Origin: Myxococcota bacterium
GTDB taxonomy: Bacteria > Myxococcota_A > UBA796 > GCA-2862545
Length of the DNA stretch: 13,122 bases
Reading direction: 5' to 3'
Assembly: GCA_039208735.1 (NCBI GenBank)
Contig: JBCCQY010000209.1
Location: forward strand, 1 to 13,122
The notes beneath the pieces were generated by a model. It was not told where the DNA came from, did not search any database, and saw only the letters and a program-made list of their open reading frames with translations. Numbering within the stretch: position 1 is the first letter of the stretch; the number at the start of each line of letters is the position of its first letter. A program made the position numbers and the translations under genes. Shown in pieces: positions 1 through 7,570 of this stretch.

Positions 1-2153
1 GCGATTACCGAATTGACGATGCGGCCGATCATGGTTCGGATGTTTGTCTCATCGGGCCGTCGCAGCGTGCGCGTCGCCGCCTCGAGCTTATCCGCGAGCA
101 TGATCACCCCAGCCTCTCGCGTCGTCGGCTTGGGTCCCGGGTAGCGGAAGTCGCGGATGTCGACCTCATCCGGATCGTCGGCCATCTGCTGCGCCTGGGT
201 GTAGAAGTACTGCAGCACTCCGGTACCATGGTGCATGTAGATGTTGTCGAGAATCGGCTGCGGAAGATTGTATTCGCGAGCTAGCCGCCCGCCATCCGTC
301 ACGTGCTGCACGATGATCTTGGCTGACACGTGAGGATCGAGCGTGGTGTGGCGGCTCACAGAACTGCGCTGATTCTCGATGAAGTACTGCGGCTTGAGCG
401 ACTTGCCGATGTCGTGGAAGTACGACGCCACTTTGGCGAGCAGCGCATTAGCCCCAATCGCCTCACACCCCGCCTCGGCAAGGGTTCCAACGACGACGGA
501 ATGGTGGTACGAGCCCGGCGCTCGCAGCATCAACTTGCGCAGCAGCGGATGGTTGAGGCTCGCCAGCTCCATCAGCCGGTAGTCCGTGACAAACCCGAGC
601 GACTCCAGCACGGGGAGCAAGGCAAGCACGATAAAACCGCCCCCCAGCCCGCCAAGAAACGCAGCCCCGACCGCCCACACCGGATTTCCTGGAGCGAGCT
701 GCTCTGCCGGAACGGTGAACTGCTGGAGCAGGTGGATGATGAGGACCGTCGCTGCGTTCAGCACCCCGACCACCGCACCGGCGCGAATGATGGCAATGCG
801 CTCCCGCGTATGTTCCACGGCCGACGCGGCAGCGATGCCCGAAATCAAGAAAAACACGACGAACAATGCGTCGAATTCAAGCACGAGTCCCGCGACGATC
901 GAGGCCGCGATGGTCATGACGACCGTCCACGACACCCCAAGCAGCAAGCGGGCCAACATGACCGCCCCCCCGACGGGCACGAGGTAGCCGAGGGCTTTGG
1001 GATCAGCGCCAAAGCCGATCTGGCCTGCCAACAAGGGCGCTGACGCTTCGACGAGGCGCGCCATCAGTGTCACGGTGACGAGCAACGCACCGGCGGCCGC
1101 GATGTCACGGACCCGGGTGGAGAAGCCCGTGAGGTGGGTCGAAGCGAACGTGTAGAGGGCCCCCAGCAACAGGAGCACGAACGCCGCCGTGACCCCGATT
1201 TCCTTGGGGAGGTTTCGACCTTGTTTGTGAGCTTGTAACGCCCGATACTTGTCGATATCGGCCGCGGTTAGCACCTGACCTTCGCGAAACAGCGCCTCGC
1301 CCTCTTCGACCTTCTGCACGTCTAAGGGGATTTCGTCGGCCGCCGCCTTGGCGCGTTCTGCAGTTTCGACAGGGTCTTGCCAGACGTTTGCCGTGACCAG
1401 CGCCCGCGCTACGGACGCCGCGGCATCGGTCTGCGGCGTAGGCCCCAATGCAATCTGCTTCCGGGCCTCTTCAGGAATCAGGATTCGCTCCAGATCGCTG
1501 AACCGCTCGGCCTCGGCTTCTTCCCCGCCCTCTCGAAGCAACAGAATAGGCCTGCGATCGGCGGGCAGCTGATCTCTGGAAGCCACGATGTAGCGGTCCT
1601 CCATCGCCTGCCGAAGCCAACGGCGAGCCATGTCTTCGGCCGCCTGACCGAACCCATCCTCGATGAGGGCCTGCACCGCAGGCTCGCTGACCCGCACCCC
1701 GAGCGGCCCGAGAAAAGCCTCGAGCAGATGAAGAGATTGATCCTCGGTTAGCGGTGGAATCTCTTCGGCATCGCCCCGCCTTGCCGCCAACGCCTCTCGA
1801 GCGTCCGCAAATGCTCGTTCGATCCTGGCAAGACCATCGTCGAGCTTGCTCGCCTGGTAGACGTAGACAGGCTCCGCCGTGGCGCGTGCCTGTTCTTTGG
1901 CCCGTTCTTGGGCTGCGAAGTCCGGGTAGCTGAACGCGAACGGAGCCCGCACGGTGCGGGGGGCCACGCTACCGACCGGAAGGTCGCCTTGCGTTGCTCC
2001 CGTCACATCGACGACGAGCAAGGCGATCACGAAGCCAACGCCCAGCCACAAGAAGAACCGTCGAAGGTCACGTTGGTCGAGCGGGGTCTCGCGAAGTGAC
2101 AGCTGGATGAGCCCGCGGCTGACAAACGCGAGGAACCGGTCGACGAGTCTCAC
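1..2153 (-). CDS. 7TM-HD (HDIG) membrane phosphohydrolase, PgpH/YqfF-like putative c-di-AMP phosphodiesterase; 3' end runs off the window
   Basis: Not in the ORF track; translated by hand in segments, all in one frame. GTG at 2153 overlaps the phoH stop (GTGA). N-term MRLVDRFLAF...RRFFLWLGVGFVIALLVV (TM), extracellular region (VGSVAPRTVRAPFAF...LFREGQVLT), hydrophobic helices about 560-1200, then HD domain: APGSYHHSVVVGTLAEAGCEAIGANALLAKVASYFHDIGK...YFIENQ...MHHGTGVLQYFY...FRYPGPKPTTREAGVIMLADKLEAATR. Position after phoH is the usual one for this family. Confidence 0.92.
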   Translation of the reverse strand, partial: MRLVDRFLAFVSRGLIQLSLRETPLDQRDLRRFFLWLGVGFVIALLVVDVTGATQGDLPVGSVAPRTVRAPFAFSYPDFAAQERAKEQARATAEPVYVYQASKLDDGLARIERAFADAREALAARRGDAEEIPPLTEDQSLHLLEAFLGPLGVRVSEPAVQALIEDGFGQAAEDMARRWLRQAMEDRYIVASRDQLPADRRPILLLREGGEEAEAERFSDLERILIPEEARKQIALGPTPQTDAAASVARALVTANVWQDPVETAERAKAAADEIPLDVQKVEEGEALFREGQVLTAADIDKYRALQAHKQGRNLPKEIGVTAAFVLLLLGALYTFASTHLTGFSTRVRDIAAAGALLVTVTLMARLVEASAPLLAGQIGFGADPKALGYLVPVGGAVMLARLLLGVSWTVVMTIAASIVAGLVLEFDALFVVFFLISGIAAASAVEHTRERIAIIRAGAVVGVLNAATVLIIHLLQQFTVPAEQLAPGNPVWAVGAAFLGGLGGGFIVLALLPVLESLGFVTDYRLMELASLNHPLLRKLMLRAPGSYHHSVVVGTLAEAGCEAIGANALLAKVASYFHDIGKSLKPQYFIENQRSSVSRHTTLDPHVSAKIIVQHVTDGGRLAREYNLPQPILDNIYMHHGTGVLQYFYTQAQQMADDPDEVDIRDFRYPGPKPTTREAGVIMLADKLEAATRTLRRPDETNIRTMIGRIVNSVI

Positions 2154-3211
2154 TTCCGCGAGCGCCCGCGCCGACCACCCTCACGCTCCTTTGGCGCGTT
2201 GGCCTCGGCGGCTTTGTCGGACTTCTCGTACGCAGCAACGATCTTGGACACCAGCGAGTGGCGTACCACATCATCGCCCGACAACCGTGCGAAGCCGACG
2301 CCGTCAACCGCGTTGAGGACGGACAATGCATGCACCAGCCCACTGTCGCCCTTTCGGGGCAGGTCGATCTGCGTGGTGTCGCCGGTGATGGTCATCCGAG
2401 AGTCCTCACCCAAACGCGTGAGAAACATCTTCATCTGCTCTCGCGTGGTGTTCTGAGCCTCATCGAGCACGACGTGCGCTTGGTTGAGGGTCCGACCGCG
2501 CATGAACGCCAGAGGCGCCACTTCGATGACCCGGCGCTCGATCATGCGCGCCACCCGCTCGGCCGGCAGCATATCGGCGAGCGCATCGAACAGCGGGCGC
2601 AAGTATGGATCCACCTTCTCGGTGAGGTCGCCAGGCAAAAACCCGAGTTTCTCACCCGCTTCAACGGCCGGGCGAGTGAGAATGAGCCGACGTACCTTGC
2701 CCCGTTTCAGCGCGGCCACCGCAATCGCCATGGCGAGGTAGGTCTTGCCGGTTCCTGCAGGGCCCACCCCAAACACCACGTCGTGTTTGCGCAATGCGTG
2801 GACGTACTGCCGCTGACCCGCCGACCGCGGCACGATGGGGCGCCCGTGATTGTTCACGAGGATGGTGTCGCCGAAGTAGGCTTCGAGGTCCGCCTCGGGG
2901 TCACCCCGAACGATGCGAGCGGCATGCGTCACATCGTTGGGATGCAGCTGATGCCCGCGCTCGACCAACGCATAGAGCTGTTCGAGGAGGCGGCCCGCGA
3001 CGACGGCTCGCGGATCGCTTTTCCCTGCTCCAATGATGAGCGTCGTACCCCGCTGTTCAACCGACACCTCGAGGGCTTCGGTGACCAGTTTGAGATGGGA
3101 CCCGAACTCTCCTACAAGTTCGCGGAGGGCGGCGTTGTCGTCGAACGATAGCGAAGTCGTCTTGGGACGGGCGTCAGAGTCGGATTCAGTCGAATGGATG
3201 CGGCACCCCAA
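2150..3211 (-). CDS. phoH: PhoH-family ATPase (YbeZ/PhoH-like) with N-terminal KH-like region; start codon uncertain
   Basis: Walker A GPAGTGKT, LILTRPAVEAGEKLGFLPGDL, PYLRPLFDAL, APLAFMRGRTL, Walker B VVLDEAQN, GDTTQIDL, VVRHSLV. The only canonical start upstream of the conserved region is TTG at 3211. Confidence 0.95.
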   Translation of the reverse strand: MGCRIHSTESDSDARPKTTSLSFDDNAALRELVGEFGSHLKLVTEALEVSVEQRGTTLIIGAGKSDPRAVVAGRLLEQLYALVERGHQLHPNDVTHAARIVRGDPEADLEAYFGDTILVNNHGRPIVPRSAGQRQYVHALRKHDVVFGVGPAGTGKTYLAMAIAVAALKRGKVRRLILTRPAVEAGEKLGFLPGDLTEKVDPYLRPLFDALADMLPAERVARMIERRVIEVAPLAFMRGRTLNQAHVVLDEAQNTTREQMKMFLTRLGEDSRMTITGDTTQIDLPRKGDSGLVHALSVLNAVDGVGFARLSGDDVVRHSLVSKIVAAYEKSDKAAEANAPKEREGGRRGRSRK

Positions 3212-3231
3212 ACGCCCGACCGGCGGGCGTC
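3211..3231 (-). other. GC-rich hairpin between the EF-G-like stop and the phoH start (possible weak terminator or translational-coupling structure)
   Basis: Inverted repeat ACGCCCG (3212-3218) / CGGGCGT (3224-3230), 5-nt loop; mRNA reads UG-ACGCCCG-CCGGU-CGGGCGU-UUG, with only a 3-U run at the 3' base. Confidence 0.5.
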
Positions 3232-5326
3232 ATCGTCGAAGGGTCGGGCGGCACGGCTCCCGCTGCGTCGCCACGTGTGCCTTATCGACTTTGCGATAGT
3301 GACTCAACTCCCACCGCATGTCGCCCCGACCCCCGGTCAACCCGGAAAGACGCCGAGGGAGGGTTCGAAGCTCCCGAAGTGGCTGTTCGATGTCGAGCGT
3401 GGTGGTGCACCCCGTCGTTTCCAGCGCCAGTACGCGACCGCGATGGGCCGCCACGTCCGCGATGACGTCGCCGGTGCAGTCTTGGGGAACCGAAATGGAA
3501 GCGGTGCAGACGGGCTCCACAAATTCGGTGCCCGCCCGTTCGAGTGCCTTGGCGAGCGCCGTCGCTCCCACCTGCTCGAAATGATCGTCGGTCGAGCAGA
3601 GAATGTCGTACTCGCCATGCGACAGCGTCAGCATGACGCCGGTAACGGGGTAGCCTTGGGGCCCTTTCGCGCATCCTCGGGCCACCCCCCGTTGAACGGC
3701 CGGGCGGAATCGTTGGGGCAGCGCCTCGGCGTCCTTCACTGCATCGTGGAACACGAGGCCCTGGTTGGGGTCACCCGGGGCCAGCGACACGTGGATCTCG
3801 GCAAACGCATCGACCAACCCGTGGTCGCCAGTCTTCCGAAGCACCGCTGAGACATCCGAAACGGGTCCTGCCACCACCTCCCGATAGGGCACCGGTGGCA
3901 GGTAGACCGGCACGGGCGCCCCCAACCAAGCCTCAGTTCGCTGCAATGCAAGCTGAAGATGGCCTTCAGAGATACCCCAGAGCTGCACGCCCGCGCCGGT
4001 CTCCTCGACCACTAAACCTGGATCGAGCTTGGCGACTGTCGCCAGTCGTTCGCGGGTTCCGCCCGGCGCTTGATCGTCTGGAATCCACCAGGCGACCACC
4101 GGAGGGTCGGGCATCGGCAACGCGACTTCGACCTGTTCAGCCAGCGTATCACCAGGTTGAAGGTCAAGGTTATCGTAGCAAGCGATCCAAGCTCCCCGCC
4201 CCGGGCGCTGCACCACGGCTCGGCGAGGGCCTCGCAGGCGATACCACTTCGCGACCTTCACCACATCGCCGGTTCGCAGGTTCCGCACCGGCCGACGACT
4301 CGGGGCTCCGTGGCAGACGCGGACCATGTGAAACGGCTTGCCCTCCTTGTCCCAACCCGACGACACCACCGTCGCCACAAAGCCATCCTCGATGGCGCAG
4401 GGGCGGGTTTGTCCATCTGAATCTCGGACTGCCACCGGCCGGTGCGGCGGTTGGAACCGTCCAAGTGCCGACAGCAAGGGTTTGCCGCCGATGCGTTGCG
4501 CAGCTGAGGTGATGACCAACGGCACCACGGTCCCCTGGCGAACCGCCTCCTGAAGCCCCAACTCGACCACCGGCCAGGGCAACTCCAGATCTTCGAGGTA
4601 CTGCTCGAGCAGGTCGTCATCGGTCAGGGCCACGGCCTCCGCGATGGACTCGGCCGCCGACCACACGACATCCTTCAGCGCAGCGGGGATCGGTTCAGGC
4701 GACCAGGCTCCCGTGCGCTCGGGATCGTAGCGCAGCGCCCGGCGTTCCAAGAGATCGATGAGGCCGATCAGCTCACCTCGTTCCACCCACGGCAGTTGCA
4801 GCGCCGCCACCCGGCGGCCCAAACGGTCCGTGAGTTCGTCACAAAGCCGCCAGACATCCTCGATGTCGAGGCCTCGGTCAGCTTTGGTCACCGCTACGAC
4901 GCAAGGCCGATCCTCCTTGAGATGGGGCACCACGCGCGCGGTTCCGTGCTCGATCCCTTTCGTCCCATCCACAACGAGCAAGGCGCCATCAGCGAGATGA
5001 AGCGCGCGATCTTGTTCGTGGCGCAGCGACAGCGTCCCGGGGGTGTCGACCCACACCATCGGCGTGTCATCGTCGATGTCGATCCAGGCCGTCGAGACGC
5101 CGAGCGTCTGTTCGTGGGCCATGGACTCAGGCGTCCAGTCCAGCAACGTGGAACCGGCATGGATCTCGCCGGGCTGCCGAATCACCCGACCCGCATGCAA
5201 TACGATCTCGGCCAGGGAGGTCTTTCCTGCCGATCGATGCCCCACCGCCACCCAAGAACGGGGCTCCCAGGGGCGACGAGGTGGACGAAGGCTCCTGCCG
5301 GCGTGAGCTGGACTCCGCAACGTCAT
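3230..5326 (-). CDS. Divergent elongation factor G paralog (EF-G2/FusA-like), 698 aa
   Basis: EF-G domains recognisable: G1 GHRSAGKT, G3 DTPG, G4 TKAD, G' (EAVALTDDDLLEQYLE), domain II (GDTL), III (LDPGL, GISEGHL), IV (PVPYRE, GYPVTGV), V (EPV...GDVIADVAAHRGRVL...LSGLTGGRG...SHY). Start placed at ATG 5326 because GGAGGT (5337-5332) precedes it by 5 nt; the ORF-track start 5392 lies upstream of the promoter-like element. Confidence 0.9.
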   Translation of the reverse strand: MTLRSPAHAGRSLRPPRRPWEPRSWVAVGHRSAGKTSLAEIVLHAGRVIRQPGEIHAGSTLLDWTPESMAHEQTLGVSTAWIDIDDDTPMVWVDTPGTLSLRHEQDRALHLADGALLVVDGTKGIEHGTARVVPHLKEDRPCVVAVTKADRGLDIEDVWRLCDELTDRLGRRVAALQLPWVERGELIGLIDLLERRALRYDPERTGAWSPEPIPAALKDVVWSAAESIAEAVALTDDDLLEQYLEDLELPWPVVELGLQEAVRQGTVVPLVITSAAQRIGGKPLLSALGRFQPPHRPVAVRDSDGQTRPCAIEDGFVATVVSSGWDKEGKPFHMVRVCHGAPSRRPVRNLRTGDVVKVAKWYRLRGPRRAVVQRPGRGAWIACYDNLDLQPGDTLAEQVEVALPMPDPPVVAWWIPDDQAPGGTRERLATVAKLDPGLVVEETGAGVQLWGISEGHLQLALQRTEAWLGAPVPVYLPPVPYREVVAGPVSDVSAVLRKTGDHGLVDAFAEIHVSLAPGDPNQGLVFHDAVKDAEALPQRFRPAVQRGVARGCAKGPQGYPVTGVMLTLSHGEYDILCSTDDHFEQVGATALAKALERAGTEFVEPVCTASISVPQDCTGDVIADVAAHRGRVLALETTGCTTTLDIEQPLRELRTLPRRLSGLTGGRGDMRWELSHYRKVDKAHVATQREPCRPTLRR

Positions 5327-5346
5327 CGGGAACCTCCCATTCCAAT

Positions 5347-5376
5347 AGGGTACCGGTCGGCCCGAAAGCGCGTCAA
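5347..5376 (-). promoter_or_regulatory. Putative sigma70-type promoter for the EF-G-like/phoH/HD unit
   Basis: TTGACG (5376-5371) - 18 nt - TACCCT (5352-5347), followed within 10 nt by SD GGAGGT and ATG 5326. Confidence 0.6.
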
Positions 5377-5487
5377 CGGACCCCGTCCACAACCCCGACA
5401 GAACGGAGGCGAGCCCTGGTCAACATTTGGGCAGGCTGGCGAGCAGCGGCGCCGGACACTATCTTCGCGCCGCAGGGGGGCCACGAC

Positions 5488-6474
5488 ATGGACCAGCCGA
5501 ATCTGGTGTTCTTTGGCCGAACCCACCCAGGTCGGGTGCACGAGCGCAACGAGGATGCCTTTACGATCCTCACGCCTGATGAAGGTGGCTTCCTGCTCGC
5601 GATTTGTGACGGCATGGGTGGAATGGGCCGGGGCGACGAGGCCAGTCGACTCGCCGTTGAGGTCTTGCGCACGACGCTCGATGACGTGCCACCGCCCGAA
5701 GTGGCCGAACGGCTCACGACGGCCATTGAAGCCGCAGACACCGAGATCCGAGCCCAGCTCTTCGACGAATCCCAGCGCACCCAGCCGGGCGCTACGGCGG
5801 TGCTGGTGTGGATCTTTGACGGAGCTGCCCACGTGGCCTGGGTGGGCGACAGTCGAGCGTACTGGATTCGAGGTGATGTCATTTTGGGGCGCACCCGCGA
5901 CCACAAACTCGTCGAAGATCTTGTCGATGCCGGGCAACTGTCGCCAGAAGAAGCGCGGCAGTCGACGCTCGCCCACGTGGTGACCCGAGCGTTGGGAGGA
6001 CGGTCCGCGGACGAGCCCGTGGTCCCCGCAGCACGTCTGGACCGGCCTTGGGCCCTCAAGCAGGGCGACCGCATTCTTCTGTGCTCGGATGGGCTGTCCG
6101 ACCTCGTGGAGGACCGCGAGATCCCCGGTCTGCTGGACTCCGACGACGTCGAAGTCGTGACCGAGCGGTTGGTCGATCTCGCCAACGAACGAGGCGGGCA
6201 CGACAACATCACGTGCATCTTGGCGCGCTGGCAGGGTCCGGATCATGATGAGGCGGGTGCTGCGACGCCCGTAATGACCAAACCCCGACACGAGTTCCCG
6301 GATGGCGACACCGATCCCATGAGTCACGTGGTGGACACGCCCACTGCATCCCATCGACTCGGGTTTTGGCGGGCGGCGTTTGCCAACCGCATGTGGCCTC
6401 GCGAGTGGTGGTGGCCGGCCGCCACGTTGTGGGGCCTGGCGCTCCTCACCTTCGCGGTGGGCTACCTTCGTTAG
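5488..6474 (+). CDS. PP2C/PPM-family Ser/Thr protein phosphatase (Stp1/PrpC-like) with C-terminal TM helix, 328 aa
   Basis: Motifs RNEDA, ICDGMGG, VGDSRAY, TRDH, TRALG, CSDGL, GGHDNIT; C-terminal hydrophobic WWWPAATLWGLALLTFAVGYL. Start ATG 5488 after AGGGGGG; the ORF-track start 5281 would overlap the EF-G-like gene. Confidence 0.93.
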   Translation: MDQPNLVFFGRTHPGRVHERNEDAFTILTPDEGGFLLAICDGMGGMGRGDEASRLAVEVLRTTLDDVPPPEVAERLTTAIEAADTEIRAQLFDESQRTQPGATAVLVWIFDGAAHVAWVGDSRAYWIRGDVILGRTRDHKLVEDLVDAGQLSPEEARQSTLAHVVTRALGGRSADEPVVPAARLDRPWALKQGDRILLCSDGLSDLVEDREIPGLLDSDDVEVVTERLVDLANERGGHDNITCILARWQGPDHDEAGAATPVMTKPRHEFPDGDTDPMSHVVDTPTASHRLGFWRAAFANRMWPREWWWPAATLWGLALLTFAVGYLR

Positions 6475-6477
6475 CGA

Positions 6478-7545
6478 TCAAGGGTTGCCGGCAAGGCCCC
6501 ACACGACCACGGCCAGCAATCCAACCAACAGCAGACCGGCCCCCACCAACCCAAGCAGCGTGGCCATCGCAAGGCCAAGCACCATCCGCCGGCGCCCTCG
6601 GGGACGTCCGGGCTCTTGGGTTGGTGGAACGGTGCTCGGTGCAGGCCCACGGCGTGGCGGGATCTGATTTTCCTGCGTGATTTCGAAGATCACTTCGGCG
6701 TGCTCTTCTTGGCTTTCGAACGGCAACGAATCAGGGGCATCGGTTTCGTCGCCGAACGTGGCATCGTACTCACCCGCCCGCTCTCCGACCGTGACCACCG
6801 CGACCGTGACGTTGTCGAAACCTCCACGATCGCACGCCAAGTCGACGAGTTCTTGGGCTGCATCCTCGGGGGTACGACCGGCCACCACCTGGCTAATCTC
6901 CCAGTCCTCGACTAGGTCGTGAAGCCCGTCCGAACACATCACCAGCGCGTCTTCCGACTCGAGCTCGAGGGGTTCCTCCAAGACATCGGGAACCAACGGT
7001 TCGCCGTCCGACATCCGGCTGTGACCCAGCGCCCGCGTGAGCATGCCCGATTCGGGATGGTCGCGTGCATCCCGCTCGTCGAGGTCGCCCGCGTTGACCA
7101 AGGCCTGCACTCGCGTGTGATCGAGGGTCCGCCACACCGTATGGCCCTTTCGAACGTGGTAGAGCCGTGAGTCGCCCACCAGCCCCACAAAGGCATCGGG
7201 GCCCTGCAACAGAGCGACCACCGCGGTGGTGCCCATGCCCCGAGTGCCCGAGGTCTGCCCTTCGTCCATGATGGCTTCGTTGGCTTCGAGCAGGCCATCG
7301 TAGAGCCGCTGGCGTGGGTCGTCATCGGACCGCTGCATCCTTTCGCCGAGGACCCGAACCGCAAGCCCGCTGGCCACCTCGCCAGCTTCGTGGCCCCCCA
7401 TGCCGTCGGCCACCACGACAAAAAGGCTCCCGTCTTCGAGCCAAACGTGGTCGGCCGCATCTTCGTTGTTGGAGCGAACCCGCCCCACATCGGTGCACAC
7501 CGACACCGACAAGTCGAGCCCATAGCTCTGGCGCAGGTCGCTCAT
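6478..7545 (-). CDS. PP2C/PPM-family Ser/Thr protein phosphatase with acidic linker and C-terminal TM helix, 355 aa
   Basis: Motifs TDVGRVRSNNEDA, VADGMGGHEAGEVAS, MGTT, VGDSRLY, TLDH, TRALG, CSDGL, GGFDNVT; RGRRR followed by a long hydrophobic stretch. Start ATG 7545 after GGGGGTG; the ORF-track start 7656 overlaps the upstream gene. Confidence 0.94.
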   Translation of the reverse strand: MSDLRQSYGLDLSVSVCTDVGRVRSNNEDAADHVWLEDGSLFVVVADGMGGHEAGEVASGLAVRVLGERMQRSDDDPRQRLYDGLLEANEAIMDEGQTSGTRGMGTTAVVALLQGPDAFVGLVGDSRLYHVRKGHTVWRTLDHTRVQALVNAGDLDERDARDHPESGMLTRALGHSRMSDGEPLVPDVLEEPLELESEDALVMCSDGLHDLVEDWEISQVVAGRTPEDAAQELVDLACDRGGFDNVTVAVVTVGERAGEYDATFGDETDAPDSLPFESQEEHAEVIFEITQENQIPPRRGPAPSTVPPTQEPGRPRGRRRMVLGLAMATLLGLVGAGLLLVGLLAVVVWGLAGNP

Positions 7546-7570
7546 CCGCGCGCACCCCCGACCAAGCCCA

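Noticed and set aside
330..2316. Plus-strand ORFs (330-1043, 586-987, 1377-1751, 1954-2316 and others)
   Set aside because: Antisense shadows of the minus-strand 7TM-HD gene; no motifs; expected at high GC.
3212..3232. UGA plus hairpin as a selenocysteine (SECIS) recoding site
   Set aside because: The stem begins within the UGA itself rather than at the usual offset, and the UGA lies in a linker after the natural EF-G C-terminus, not at a Cys-equivalent catalytic position.
3230..5326. EF-G-like gene as a TetM/TetO resistance gene, canonical fusA, or pseudogene
   Set aside because: No AHVDAGKT/RGITI/DTPGH motifs shared by fusA and TetM, no rpsL-rpsG-tuf or mobile context; no stops or frameshifts, and good SD/promoter signals.
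4796..6354. Long ORFs 4796-5983 (+), 5323-6354 (-), 5373-6218 (-)
   Set aside because: Overlap the well-supported EF-G-like and PP2C genes; Arg/Ser/Pro-rich or antisense-type composition; no family signal.
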